Positions 19,588 to 29,667 are shown, counted from the stretch's first letter. The stretch: DNA of 64,000 nucleotides from a virus (IMGVR_UViG_3300025860_001451:3635-67634), one strand, 5' to 3'. Notes: a model not told the origin generated them from the sequence alone. Translations and numbers: made by a program.

Positions 19588-20324
19588 TTTGTTTTTTCTA
19601 AATAAGATTCGAAACAGAACTCGTCGCTTCCGAAGTGACTGAGGTTAGGACATGATAGGGTGGCTTGTCTACCGAATGTTCGGTTGCACAAAATTTTATA
19701 TGTCTGCAAGGCTTCTACGTCATCTTTGTTTTTATAGTAGATAGTTTTCACCAAAGACGTTGAATATTCTTTACCCACAAATTCAACAACCTTCTTCTCT
19801 AGCAGGGAATCAAACGGCAGGTTATTTCTTTCAATCCAGAACTTAGGATTCAGTCCTTTAAGATATGGAATACAATTCTTTAACAAAAAGTTGTTCTTAT
19901 GGATGAAGCTATCGTAGAATGGGACAACAAAAGAAAGGTGGTTTTTATTCCAAAGCTTAGACAGTTCTTTATAAGTTATCCTTCCTTCATGCTCAACAAA
20001 CGCACATGAATAAATCTTGTTTAATAACTTACACCCTTCATCGTTCTTTGCAAAGATTACGCTTTTATGATCAGAGTCGGAATCTTCGTCTCCGTCGTTG
20101 CACATGGTAATGCGCAATCCATAAATAAGATCAATGTCGTTCTTCTCGCAAACGTGAAAAGCTTTCATAAAACTCGTTAGGTTGTCTTCAACCAATACAA
20201 GATTTTTGATCCCGTTGTCTTTACAAATACTAATGATTGAGTCTGGTCCCCCCTCAACTTGTGAATCACTTAAGGTTAGGATACTTTTTCCAAATGAGTA
20301 TGTCGATTTAAATACTGGCGTCAT
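19584..20324 (-). CDS. Stand-alone PHP domain of DNA polymerase III alpha
   Basis: KSTYS.G.S, LVEDN, LIYGL and FAKNDEG..L.KI.S align to the DnaE N-terminal PHP domain. Confidence 0.8.
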   Translation of the reverse strand: MTPVFKSTYSFGKSILTLSDSQVEGGPDSIISICKDNGIKNLVLVEDNLTSFMKAFHVCEKNDIDLIYGLRITMCNDGDEDSDSDHKSVIFAKNDEGCKLLNKIYSCAFVEHEGRITYKELSKLWNKNHLSFVVPFYDSFIHKNNFLLKNCIPYLKGLNPKFWIERNNLPFDSLLEKKVVEFVGKEYSTSLVKTIYYKNKDDVEALQTYKILCNRTFGRQATLSCPNLSHFGSDEFCFESYLEKTK

Positions 20325-20333
20325 TGTGTTATA

Positions 20334-20361
20334 ATTATAACAACAATATGAAAGGTGTCAA
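20334..20361 (-). promoter_or_regulatory. Consensus sigma70 promoter, near-leaderless
   Basis: TTGACA-16 nt-TATAAT-9 nt-ATG(20324). Confidence 0.75.
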
Positions 20362-21383
20362 GAATTATGTGCTGGGCAGCCAGCATAATACTTCATTTCA
20401 AACGATCCTCCTTTGGGGACTAAGTCTTCTGAGAATTCATCATCAAAATAAGAGCGGACAACATTACCTTCTGCATCTTTAACTTCATAATAAAAAAAAT
20501 CAAACTTCATACCGCAATGCCACATTGGTGTACCGTCTTTTTTGAGCTGTCCTTTTTCTTTTGCAAACCCGCATAGCAATTTACAGCTGAATGACCCGTC
20601 ACTTGGAAACCCTTTGTAAGCTGCCATGTTTTTTGTAGCCATACCCTCGGTAAAGTTGTCAAGGTAGTGTTGCATCTCTGTGAGGTGATGCTCAAAACCG
20701 TGAAGATCATGCTCGTCAAGAGGTTCCATTCTAACAATACCACTCTTTTTTATATCAGGGATAAGGTCGAACTTAAGAAACAAAAATTCGCTTTGCTTGG
20801 TTTTATATTCTGGGAACATGTGTTTGACCGCTAGGCTATACATAAGATCCTGCATATTGTCTTCTGCGTCCTTACCCTTAAAAGTTTCCTTGCTGGTTTT
20901 AAAATCCCTGATAAGTGCATATTTCTTATCTTTATAAAGAAACAGTTTGTCAATAAAACCTCTAATTTTATACTTAACAACACCATCGTTTACAACAATG
21001 TGAAAGTCTTTTTCAGAATGTTCCTCTGTCGGCTCTCCATCTTTATCCCCGAAGAAGTCATACATCAAACCGTTAAGGGTCATCTCTTTCATCATTCGGA
21101 TGTTGTCCTCATCGTCAACACCCTCTCTAAAAGCGTGTTTAAACATAAGCCTTTTGATGGAGGGTACACTGAAAATATCAAGCGTTCTGATTATCTCATC
21201 AAAATAATGCCTCCTCCTGCTATCCCCAAGAAGTTCAAAAATCAAGTGACAAATAGAACCCCTTCTGGCTCCATCATTGCTTCTGTCTGGAAGTTTTAGT
21301 TTGTACTTGGTCCAATACAACCAAGAACAACTCTCCGCGGTCTTGATTCTGCTGGCGGATAACGGGGTTTGTGGTTCACTCAT
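20358..21383 (-). CDS. PD-(D/E)XK RecB/Cas4-like exonuclease
   Basis: LSASRI..C, G...H, E, RGFIDKL, RDFKTS, Q..Y and C-terminal cysteines (C..LC..C). Confidence 0.85.
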   Translation of the reverse strand: MSEPQTPLSASRIKTAESCSWLYWTKYKLKLPDRSNDGARRGSICHLIFELLGDSRRRHYFDEIIRTLDIFSVPSIKRLMFKHAFREGVDDEDNIRMMKEMTLNGLMYDFFGDKDGEPTEEHSEKDFHIVVNDGVVKYKIRGFIDKLFLYKDKKYALIRDFKTSKETFKGKDAEDNMQDLMYSLAVKHMFPEYKTKQSEFLFLKFDLIPDIKKSGIVRMEPLDEHDLHGFEHHLTEMQHYLDNFTEGMATKNMAAYKGFPSDGSFSCKLLCGFAKEKGQLKKDGTPMWHCGMKFDFFYYEVKDAEGNVVRSYFDDEFSEDLVPKGGSFEMKYYAGCPAHNS

Positions 21384-22434
21384 TTAATTTTCTCGCTTTC
21401 TTGATATCTGACTTTGAAAATTTTTGGCTTTGTTCTGCGACAAAATTAGAGATAAATTGCCTTTGTTTTTTAATGTCCACCTCCTCTTTAGACCAAGCAA
21501 CAAGATCGCAAGAGTTTTCGTGTGCGTCGCCCATGTCGTTTTGTTTATTTGGCGGTAGCTTGATAGACAAAACATCAAGATCGAAATAACGGGAGAGTTT
21601 TAAATAGTTTTTAATAGAGCCTGTTAAACCCCTATTATCTTTTGATGATAGATCGTTGTTCCCAGCTATAATGATTTTATCCAAAGTAATACCTGATAGA
21701 TAAGATATTATGTTGGGGCTAGCAGACAACCCAAAAATTACTATTACATTTTTGATGCCTTGATCGTACAAAGCCATTGCATCACCAATGCTTTCCGTTA
21801 AATAAACAGATTTTTTAGAGTGAATAATAGAATCTACAGTTTCTTCATTAGGTATAAAACTTGGGTAAATCCAATTATTTTTCTTACCTATGTGTTTCCA
21901 TTTAGCATAATCATTGTCGTCAACTCTTCTGCCAGAAAAACCAACAATTTGTTTGTGTATATTGTATATGGGAAACACCATTCTTCTATACATGTTCCCA
22001 GCTCCAGCCAAGCCAACCTTGAAGTCTTTTTGGGTTTGTTCTGATATTTTTCTTTTTGAATAAAAATTATAATTTGGGAACAGTTTTTCTAGTATGCTAT
22101 TGTCGTAAATTTTTTCCATTTCTATTAATGTTTTAGTCTTATGCACAGAAAGACCCGCGTCACCAGAGCTTATTGATTTAAGGGTGTCTTCTAATTTTTG
22201 AGGTTGTCCGCGAAGAGTAAGTTTTATTAAAGCTTCAAACGGTTTGGGTTTTGAGTCGTTAACATAGTCCTTCCAAACTCCGCTATCTTTATATATTTGC
22301 AACGCTGTTGCATTATCTCCATCACGATATAACGCGCTTGTTCGCCAATGGTTACCATTGTCGATAAGCTTGTAGCCAAGGTTTTCTAATACCTCTTTCA
22401 TGCTTTTAGATTCCGCCGAAGTCTGGGATTTCAT
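21376..22434 (-). CDS. dnaG: DnaG-type DNA primase
   Basis: RMVFPIYN..IVGFSGR..KW, TOPRIM ESIGDAMAL, LPP..NDMGD. Adjacent to DnaB. The start may be 22401. Confidence 0.85.
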   Translation of the reverse strand: MKSQTSAESKSMKEVLENLGYKLIDNGNHWRTSALYRDGDNATALQIYKDSGVWKDYVNDSKPKPFEALIKLTLRGQPQKLEDTLKSISSGDAGLSVHKTKTLIEMEKIYDNSILEKLFPNYNFYSKRKISEQTQKDFKVGLAGAGNMYRRMVFPIYNIHKQIVGFSGRRVDDNDYAKWKHIGKKNNWIYPSFIPNEETVDSIIHSKKSVYLTESIGDAMALYDQGIKNVIVIFGLSASPNIISYLSGITLDKIIIAGNNDLSSKDNRGLTGSIKNYLKLSRYFDLDVLSIKLPPNKQNDMGDAHENSCDLVAWSKEEVDIKKQRQFISNFVAEQSQKFSKSDIKKARKLNE

Positions 22435-23920
22435 CTGTTTCTGAGCCTTCTAATGGTGGTACTCCATCTATAGATCTTACAATATCGCGTAGGTCGCCCC
22501 TTTCTGTAATCTTAAAGTTATTAAATTCTAAGTTTACAAAATTCTTTCTCAGTGAATCTCCCATTTGAACTGGTTGTATTGCGCCAGCAACATCTTTTCC
22601 CAGGTGTCTAGACTTGACATTAACGAGTTTATGAGTTCCAAACTGAGCGCCTTCAATCTCTATCTCGTCAGCGGTTTTGTTTCTAAGTATAAACATGTGA
22701 GAACAGAACTGAATAATTCTATCAGAAAGAGAAACGGTGCTTTCGTCATCAACGACGTTCTGTGCATTTCTGTTGTTCGTAATTCCTAGTCTGTTAGATT
22801 GAACGGAAGTAATCATGGCTATGATTGGTTCTCCATCGTGCAAAATTTCTTTCTGTACACACTTTTTAAATTTGTCAACCATCTCTCCAACAATCTGCCA
22901 CTCGTTTTTGTTAGCGGAAGATTCGCTGGTTGTTTTAATATAGTCAAAGGAAAATACCATTCTGTTACCGCGGCCAACTTTAGATAAGTAAAAGCGCTTA
23001 AGGGTGTTTACCATAGCATCTACATCCATGCCCCCTACGTTATAATAATAAAATTTAAGTTTTTTTATTTTGCCCCAAGTATCTCTTACTTTTTGAACGA
23101 CACCTTCTCCAGCTTTCCTCCAGTCACCGCTTTCTAGCAAATGCATTGGGACTCCAGACAATGAGGAACATTGCCTCATAATCAACTCCTCTTTACTCAT
23201 TTCCCCATTATCAAAGTGCAAAACAGGGACATCATATTCTGAACCAACGCAAGTTGCGTAGTGCATACAGAATTGTGTTTTACCAACGCCAGATCTAGCC
23301 ACTACTACGGTTATGTTGCCTGGTCTCAGAAGTGAACCATACATCTCATTAACCTTCTTATGGGGACCCATCATGCCGAAATCAGTAATGGGGTTGTTAC
23401 CTCTGTCCTCGACTAAATATTCCATCTCATCATAAATATTAACAGGAGAATCTTCTCCTGTTTCATATAAATTAATTTTGGAATTATAAACATGGTCTGC
23501 TTTTTCTACAATTTCATGATATGGAGTATCTGGAGAAATATTTTTCATTTCTCTAGCTATGTCTTGCGCGGCTTTATAAATGCCTCTTCTTACCGAAATC
23601 TTTTTTAATTCCTTGGCTGTCTTTATAACGTTACCGCTAGGAACCTTTCTTAAAGCTAGGGATTTTATATAATCAGATGGATTTAAATTGTCTTCAAAAG
23701 AGAGTCCGACACTCATTATCCTTTGGCCAACAATTATCTCATCTATTTCTTCACCGCTTTGGACGGCTTGCTTAATAATCGTAAAGATTGTTTTATGTAA
23801 GTTGCTATCTTGAGAATAAAAATCATCACTATCTATAAAGTTAGATATCTCGGCAAAAACATCTGGGTCTTTTATTAAACCAGCTAAGAGTTGTTTCTCT
23901 AATTCTAAATTGTATATCAT
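22406..23920 (-). CDS. dnaB: DnaB-type replicative helicase
   Basis: LEKQLLAGL N-domain, ARSGVGKT, GEMS, FDYI, QSNR, KSRH. Confidence 0.93.
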   Translation of the reverse strand: MIYNLELEKQLLAGLIKDPDVFAEISNFIDSDDFYSQDSNLHKTIFTIIKQAVQSGEEIDEIIVGQRIMSVGLSFEDNLNPSDYIKSLALRKVPSGNVIKTAKELKKISVRRGIYKAAQDIAREMKNISPDTPYHEIVEKADHVYNSKINLYETGEDSPVNIYDEMEYLVEDRGNNPITDFGMMGPHKKVNEMYGSLLRPGNITVVVARSGVGKTQFCMHYATCVGSEYDVPVLHFDNGEMSKEELIMRQCSSLSGVPMHLLESGDWRKAGEGVVQKVRDTWGKIKKLKFYYYNVGGMDVDAMVNTLKRFYLSKVGRGNRMVFSFDYIKTTSESSANKNEWQIVGEMVDKFKKCVQKEILHDGEPIIAMITSVQSNRLGITNNRNAQNVVDDESTVSLSDRIIQFCSHMFILRNKTADEIEIEGAQFGTHKLVNVKSRHLGKDVAGAIQPVQMGDSLRKNFVNLEFNNFKITERGDLRDIVRSIDGVPPLEGSETDEIPDFGGI

Positions 23921-24159
23921 TAAATCCCTTTTATAATTTTATTCGAATCCAAATCAACATAATCCTTTACCGCTTTTATTATCCCCATTTCAATAACTGA
24001 AGATTCGTGTCTAGAGTATATGTTTGGGTCTCCTTTTTCGTTGCAAACTGCCAATATGAAACCTTTGTTTTTATCAGCCGAACCGCTGAATTCATAAATC
24101 TTATCTAAGAAGTTGTCTGGGATTAAAAATTCTGTGTCCTCGTCTTTATTTTTTTTCAT
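23920..24159 (-). CDS. Hypothetical protein
   Basis: Translationally coupled on both sides within the replication operon. Confidence 0.7.
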   Translation of the reverse strand: MKKNKDEDTEFLIPDNFLDKIYEFSGSADKNKGFILAVCNEKGDPNIYSRHESSVIEMGIIKAVKDYVDLDSNKIIKGI

Positions 24160-24563
24160 AAATGTATATCTTGGTCTGTGAAAAATGACGCTGTTATAAC
24201 GTCGTTTTTGTATATTTCTACCAGCTTTATACCATTAAGTTCACAGAAGTCAAGTTTTTTTTGATCTCTTTTTAGTTGTTCTAAATATTTTAATCTTGTC
24301 TTGTGAAAATGCTTAACAAACTTAACATGCTGATCCCCCTGAACTTCTATTGCTATTTTTTTGTTGGCATTATAGAAATCTAAAGACAACATAGTACCTG
24401 CTATTCTAAATTCTTCAAAAACAATATCGTTTTTCCAGCTGTCGGCAAGGAAGTCCTTTATTTTTTTTTGAAACTTACTTCTGCTATTAGCATTCCAATC
24501 AATGAGGTATTTTTTAGCATTTTTTAAATTCCTTGGGTTACCATACGGATCTAAGAATTTCAT
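24156..24563 (-). CDS. Vsr/DUF559-like endonuclease
   Basis: LDFY..IAIEVQG.QH..RDQKK..C..NGIKL motif. Confidence 0.8.
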   Translation of the reverse strand: MKFLDPYGNPRNLKNAKKYLIDWNANSRSKFQKKIKDFLADSWKNDIVFEEFRIAGTMLSLDFYNANKKIAIEVQGDQHVKFVKHFHKTRLKYLEQLKRDQKKLDFCELNGIKLVEIYKNDVITASFFTDQDIHL

Positions 24564-25699
24564 GAGAGTTCGCCAATGGCGTTCTTGAAGTAAGAAACCA
24601 AGAATGCCGATAGTCTTGCATCATCTTCAATTGTTTTAAAAACGTTAGTTTCTCCTTGGAGGCTATCTGGAAACTCAAGTTTGTTTTCTGCAAGAAGTTC
24701 TTTGAACTCTTCGGTGGTTTTATACCAAGATCCGCTTTTCTTGACAAACTCCCAAGCATAAAGCAAATCAACCACTTCTTTTTCAATCCAGATAGAGTTG
24801 CCTCCGCTCCTTCCATATCTAATCGGATAGCTGACCTTTGTATTTGTCTTTTCGTTTGGTGATTTCTTAATCGTTACTTGGGCAAAGTGACCAATAGGGG
24901 GATTGGTTTGGGCATCCATCTTTTTTACAGATGGGTTTTGTAGTATTATATCTTTGTTAAATCTTGGTTCGAATTCAATTATCCAGTTTGCAAAGTGTAA
25001 GAGGGCATTTCCTCCAGTAGCTGTAGTTTGTCTTACTGGAGCCTTGCTGTATGGGTCTAGTTTAATATCTGCTCTGACCTGAGAGATGAAAATTGCCATG
25101 TGTCCACGTTTAGCCAAAGCAATGGACATCTTTTTCATGAACGCCCCAGCGATAACTGCTCCACCAGCAATCTTCGCCGAGTCTTCAAACCCCTTGTCAA
25201 TATCATTTCTTGGCAATAAACCATCCACAGAATCTAAGGCAAAACAATATTTAACTTTCTCCTTGTTTTCTACTATCAGTTTGCGCATTAAATCAACGCA
25301 GGTTTCATAAATATTAGATTCAAAAACAAAACATGTTCCATCGAGCCAATCTTCAGCCTTGAATACAAATCTAATGCCAGATCTTTTTCTCATTTCTGGA
25401 GAGAGTCTTCCTTCAGCTTTGATGTAAACACCTTTAGAATTACGATTTGTTATTAAGAAGTTTTTCATTACTTCAAGAGCCTCTGACGTTTTACCGCCCT
25501 CATTCATCCCAGTGAATCTATGTAAACCTGGCCCGAAACCTCCCCCAAGCTGCAAATCAAACTGTAAAGATCCACTTGAAATCTTATAGTCTGTGTCGTC
25601 TTCAAAGTTATAATGATCCTCTTTGTTGCTTTTTAAAAAATTTCCAAGCAGGTTTATGGACTCTTCTTTTTCTTCTTTTTCTTCTTTTATTTTACTCAT
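24560..25699 (-). CDS. recA: RecA/UvsX-like recombinase
   Basis: SSGS..D..LGGG, GMNEGGKTS, LDSV, FISQVR, GGNALLH and C-terminal KKSGSWY. Confidence 0.88.
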   Translation of the reverse strand: MSKIKEEKEEKEESINLLGNFLKSNKEDHYNFEDDTDYKISSGSLQFDLQLGGGFGPGLHRFTGMNEGGKTSEALEVMKNFLITNRNSKGVYIKAEGRLSPEMRKRSGIRFVFKAEDWLDGTCFVFESNIYETCVDLMRKLIVENKEKVKYCFALDSVDGLLPRNDIDKGFEDSAKIAGGAVIAGAFMKKMSIALAKRGHMAIFISQVRADIKLDPYSKAPVRQTTATGGNALLHFANWIIEFEPRFNKDIILQNPSVKKMDAQTNPPIGHFAQVTIKKSPNEKTNTKVSYPIRYGRSGGNSIWIEKEVVDLLYAWEFVKKSGSWYKTTEEFKELLAENKLEFPDSLQGETNVFKTIEDDARLSAFLVSYFKNAIGELS

Positions 25700-26129
25700 C
25701 TAAAAAATCTCTAATTGTTTTTGTTTTGTTTATCTCTTTGTTCTCTCCGAACTTCTCTCCTATATTATAGGTTGGATATTTAGAGTTGTCAACCACATAA
25801 TTAAAAGCTCTGAATTTTTGATCCATAGTATTTTTTAATTTCGGGCTTGCTAAATAAGCCAGAGAATCAAATTGCTTTCCAAAGTTAACAATATTCATAA
25901 ACTCCAGACTGTATCTATCACACAGGGAGTTGAGAATTTTCATCTCTCTCATAAAAAATAGCCTTACGTCTTTTTCTGGACGCAAGACTATTCTTTTGAG
26001 AATAGAATGTTTGCTTATCTTTTTTTTCTTGTTCTTTTTGAAAAGAAAATTATGGCCACACTCACATGTAGAAGTTCTTAATCCGACAAAGCTGTTACAA
26101 GAGGGGCATTGCTTTTTACCTCTAGGCAT
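25692..26129 (-). CDS. Zinc-ribbon hypothetical protein
   Basis: N-terminal CPSC..C.CG motif. Confidence 0.65.
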   Translation of the reverse strand: MPRGKKQCPSCNSFVGLRTSTCECGHNFLFKKNKKKKISKHSILKRIVLRPEKDVRLFFMREMKILNSLCDRYSLEFMNIVNFGKQFDSLAYLASPKLKNTMDQKFRAFNYVVDNSKYPTYNIGEKFGENKEINKTKTIRDFLDE

Positions 26130-26135
26130 AGAACA

Positions 26136-26164
26136 AGAATATCACATCCTTATATCATTGTCAA
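26136..26164 (-). promoter_or_regulatory. Sigma70-type promoter, leaderless, heading the recombination/replication operon
   Basis: TTGACA-17 nt-TATTCT-6 nt-ATG(26129). Confidence 0.7.
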
Positions 26165-27170
26165 CCATTTTTTTCACCAGACCTAAAAAGTCTGTCTTTC
26201 TTTCCCAGTAAAGTTCTGTTTCAGCCAAGGTTGGATCGCCAAGCAAAAGATCAACTTCTGCGGGTCTATAGAATTCTGAATTTACTTGAACAAGAAGTTT
26301 GTCACAGCAATAATATTTAGAGTGTATACCTTCTCCTTCCCAATAACACTCGTCTGTATTGAAGCCAGCAAATCCAAAAGCTATTTCTACAAACTCTCTA
26401 ATGGTATGTGTTTCCCCAGAGGCGAGAACGTATTCTTTTGGCTTCTCTTGGTTGAGCATCAACCAGATACCTTCCACAAAATCTTCAGCATCAGACCAGT
26501 CTCTTTTTGCTTCTAGATTTCCTAGTTCTAGAGGTTTGAATTCATCTCCTATGCTGTTTTTCCAAAAAATATCTGCAACTCCTTTTGTTACTTTACGGGT
26601 AAGAAACTCTTCTCCGCGACGAACTCCTTCGTGGTTAAAAAGCCATCCTTGAATTGCGTAAAGACCATAAGATTCCCTCCACACCTTCACCAAGTGTCTC
26701 GCGGAAGCCTTAGAAGCTCCGTAAGGGCTTCTAGGGCGCAATGGGTGAGTCTCATCCTGTGGAGCGGTAACAACGTCACCAAACTCTTCCGAGCTGCCAG
26801 CGTTGTAATAACGGCAATTGGGACAATGTTTCCGAATCGCTTCCAGTTGATAAAGAACAGCCATACAGTTTGTGTTCATGTGGTTTTCTGGCATATTCCA
26901 GCTAATACCCACAAATGAGTTCGCGGCGAAGTTAATAAAATAGTCTGGCATCTCTTCCGCAATAACACGGTCAACATTTGATTGGTCTGTAATGTCGAGG
27001 TCTATTAATTTGAAGCGAGGGTTGTCAGCTAAGTGTTTGATGTTATCGTGGTTTTTTACGCTAAGTCGGCGCACACCAGCAATGATGTAATTGTCGGTAT
27101 TTGCCAACAAATAGTCTGCCATGTGACTTCCATCTTGCCCCGTTACTCCTGTGATTATTACTTTCTTCAT
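26142..27170 (-). CDS. gmd: GDP-mannose 4,6-dehydratase
   Basis: ITGVTGQDGS, SSE.FG, PRSPYGASK, LFNHE..RGEEF.TRK, LGNL.AKRDW, RPAEVDLLLGD. Confidence 0.95.
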   Translation of the reverse strand: MKKVIITGVTGQDGSHMADYLLANTDNYIIAGVRRLSVKNHDNIKHLADNPRFKLIDLDITDQSNVDRVIAEEMPDYFINFAANSFVGISWNMPENHMNTNCMAVLYQLEAIRKHCPNCRYYNAGSSEEFGDVVTAPQDETHPLRPRSPYGASKASARHLVKVWRESYGLYAIQGWLFNHEGVRRGEEFLTRKVTKGVADIFWKNSIGDEFKPLELGNLEAKRDWSDAEDFVEGIWLMLNQEKPKEYVLASGETHTIREFVEIAFGFAGFNTDECYWEGEGIHSKYYCCDKLLVQVNSEFYRPAEVDLLLGDPTLAETELYWERKTDFLGLVKKMVDNDIRM

Positions 27171-27185
27171 TGTATATTGCGTGTT

Positions 27186-27758
27186 TTAAAAAGTGTAATT
27201 GAATTTCTCTAGGTCCTTCTTGTATATTTTTTCCAAAGACAATCTCTGTTTGGAGGTTAGTATTTCGCTGTAATGCTTGTTGTTGTTTAGGGATTTGTTT
27301 GTGTGTCTCATTTTTACGTCTTTCCCTAGTTTGTCGCATATGTCATGATAGGCATCCGAGTAGGACTCAAACCTATATATAGTTTCAGCATAGGATATAC
27401 AATTAAAAGGATGGGTAATTGGAATCGTATGGTGTTTTATGTTAGACTCTATTGAACCTTGATGAGAATGGCTTATGTTTTTGTCGAGAAGTATTTCTAT
27501 CGTTTTATCTATGGTCAGATTTTTACTTGTAGGAGTATTACAATCTAATCCTCCATATTTGAACATCCTAAACGCGCTGCAAAATCTATCAAAGGGGTTT
27601 CTTACAAAAGCAAATGAAAAATCATAAGACCAATTTTGGGGGACAGAGCCAAAGCTTCTCCCAGAGGGCTTTAGTAGATTGTGTCGTATACCCCATCCCC
27701 CTGTTTTTGGTATGTGAATGAATAAGGTTTTGTCTTTTTTAAAGTAGAAGTTTGACAT
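27186..27758 (-). CDS. Sulfotransferase family 2 protein
   Basis: FIHIPKTGG (5'-PSB), FVRNPFDR (3'-PB), Y..D...F.Y.F. Confidence 0.85.
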   Translation of the reverse strand: MSNFYFKKDKTLFIHIPKTGGWGIRHNLLKPSGRSFGSVPQNWSYDFSFAFVRNPFDRFCSAFRMFKYGGLDCNTPTSKNLTIDKTIEILLDKNISHSHQGSIESNIKHHTIPITHPFNCISYAETIYRFESYSDAYHDICDKLGKDVKMRHTNKSLNNNKHYSEILTSKQRLSLEKIYKKDLEKFNYTF

Positions 27759-27759
27759 C

Positions 27760-28299
27760 TTATTTCAATATCAGAGTGAAGATTACGGAAGGCGCTCCGC
27801 TTGGGGATATTTCTTTATTGATTATTTTGAAATCTTGAAAGGATTCTTTTATTTTATCCTCCCACCAAGAGTGGTTTTTCACAATAGTATGACAATTCAT
27901 TCCGTTCGGCAATTTGTTAATGGCAGATTGAGTGGCGACATTAAAATACAAAAACTTCGGATTGGCTTTTTTTATTAAATTAAAATCCTCATGCATACAA
28001 TCTTCGTTTAGATGTTCAAAGACGTCAGTAGAGACTACAAGGTCTACGTCTTCGATATCTTCTGGAAACTCTTTGAATTCTTCAATAGCGGGATCATACC
28101 CACTACACTTCACACCAGATTGTTTTATCTTGTCAATCAAGAAACCTTTGCCGCAACCAAAATCAAGAACATGTTTAATATCGTTAGAATTGATCAGCTC
28201 TAACAGTTCTTCTAGATACTTAAAAGAGTCCGAACCGCTTCCATAGTCGCCTTTTAATTGGTGCAGTATTTTATATTGATTTATTAGTTCTTTATCCAT
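27760..28299 (-). CDS. Class I SAM-dependent methyltransferase
   Basis: VLDFGCGKG, GYDP, DVFEHL. Confidence 0.85.
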   Translation of the reverse strand: MDKELINQYKILHQLKGDYGSGSDSFKYLEELLELINSNDIKHVLDFGCGKGFLIDKIKQSGVKCSGYDPAIEEFKEFPEDIEDVDLVVSTDVFEHLNEDCMHEDFNLIKKANPKFLYFNVATQSAINKLPNGMNCHTIVKNHSWWEDKIKESFQDFKIINKEISPSGAPSVIFTLILK

Positions 28300-28912
28300 G
28301 ATATTCTTTAAACAACCCTTTTAAACCCACAGGCTTAAATAGTTCTATGTCGAGGTTGGGGTATGATTTTTTGAATTGTTCCCATCTAAATAATAGTTTT
28401 TCTTTTTTGTAACCGTTATGTTCTTTGGTTTCACCTATTCTTATGTTGTTGGTTATGTCACACCCAACAACAATAACTTTCGAGGCTCCGCATAAATTGG
28501 CGAATTGCAAACATGAGAAAATTACCGAATGAAATTCAATAAAAAGGTTGCCATAGTTATTAAACCCGATAGCGCCACCGTCTTCAACATCTTTTTCGGT
28601 CAAAGAAAACGGGGTGTATTGTCCGCCAAATTTTGATATTCCGTAGAATTTAGAACAAGAAGGTTGGTAATTGTCATATTTTTCCTTAAAGAGAAAATAA
28701 CCGTTTTGACTTTTGTTCTCAAAACCAGTATCCTTTACAAAGTAATAGTCTATATCTGGTTTGTGAATGAATACGGTATTACACCCAACCTTTATTGCGT
28801 CTTCACAGAAGGAATCTTCCCACTCTGAAAGGGTTGGACCAGAACCAAAAACAACAAAAGTTTTTCCCTTGTGTTTATTTTTAAAGTTTTCTATTATTGA
28901 TGAATCTGTCAT
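28292..28912 (-). CDS. DUF115/MAF-like (sialyltransferase-like) protein
   Basis: VVFGSGPTL..VGCN..D and LQFA...GA..VIVVGCD. Confidence 0.6.
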   Translation of the reverse strand: MTDSSIIENFKNKHKGKTFVVFGSGPTLSEWEDSFCEDAIKVGCNTVFIHKPDIDYYFVKDTGFENKSQNGYFLFKEKYDNYQPSCSKFYGISKFGGQYTPFSLTEKDVEDGGAIGFNNYGNLFIEFHSVIFSCLQFANLCGASKVIVVGCDITNNIRIGETKEHNGYKKEKLLFRWEQFKKSYPNLDIELFKPVGLKGLFKEYHG

Positions 28913-28917
28913 GGTTT

Positions 28918-29667
28918 TTACTTATGTATGAAATAGACATCTTCTCTTTCTTCTTCATATTTTTTGTATTCGCTACAAAAAGGGTTTCCTATCAATAGTT
29001 TTTTATCTTTAAGAACCCTTCTAAAGATATACTGACCAACAAACATGTCCGCTTGTCCAAACTCCTTATTTTTTAAACCCTCTCTTACTGTCTTATAAGA
29101 ATCGAGGAAGGTTTTTATGTTTTTATAAGAACCTCCGATCACCCCCATATTAATTAGTTCTAATTTGTTTTGATTTATTAAAAACCAAACTTTGTCTTCT
29201 AGGTTAAATGAATCATGAAAATTAATATAAGGAAACTGATTTAGCATGATTGAGTCTTTGCAAAGAAAGATATCAACTTCTGGAAACTCATCAAAAATTA
29301 AAGATGGTTTTTTTACTATTTTAACATCTGAACAATCAGTTAGGAAGACGTTTTCAAATTGATTGTTGTCTAGGAAATCTTTGTAGCAAAACCACCTGTA
29401 ATCTAAGTTAGACCACTCTGAGTCTTCTACTTGTATAAACTTTACATTATCTGTCTCATAAGTAGATACAAATTCACTAGATAAACCATCGTGAAATATA
29501 TATCCCGATAATTTTAAACTATTAACAGAGTTATACCAAGGCTCTATATATGAAAAATCGTCGTTAGAAATAAACCCGTCTTTATTACGACCGACAACAT
29601 GATTGTCTTCTGGGCTATTGGGATGTTTCTTTTTTGTAAAGTAAGAACTAAGTATTACTGTTGACAT
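28918..29667 (-). CDS. Putative GT-A glycosyltransferase
   Basis: R..Y..FL, VFLTDCSDV (DxxD), INMGVIGG, DM. Confidence 0.55.
   Translation of the reverse strand: MSTVILSSYFTKKKHPNSPEDNHVVGRNKDGFISNDDFSYIEPWYNSVNSLKLSGYIFHDGLSSEFVSTYETDNVKFIQVEDSEWSNLDYRWFCYKDFLDNNQFENVFLTDCSDVKIVKKPSLIFDEFPEVDIFLCKDSIMLNQFPYINFHDSFNLEDKVWFLINQNKLELINMGVIGGSYKNIKTFLDSYKTVREGLKNKEFGQADMFVGQYIFRRVLKDKKLLIGNPFCSEYKKYEEEREDVYFIHK

Noticed and set aside
20358-21383. CRISPR-Cas system suggested by the Cas4-like nuclease
   Set aside because: No repeat-spacer array or other cas genes. Solo Cas4/RecB-like nucleases are common in phage replication modules.
16415-25699. Cellular (bacterial or CPR) chromosome origin of the window, given dnaE, dnaB, dnaG and recA
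   Set aside because: These genes are divergent and packed with tail-tip, tape-measure and dNMP-kinase genes, and no ribosomal or core metabolic operons are present.
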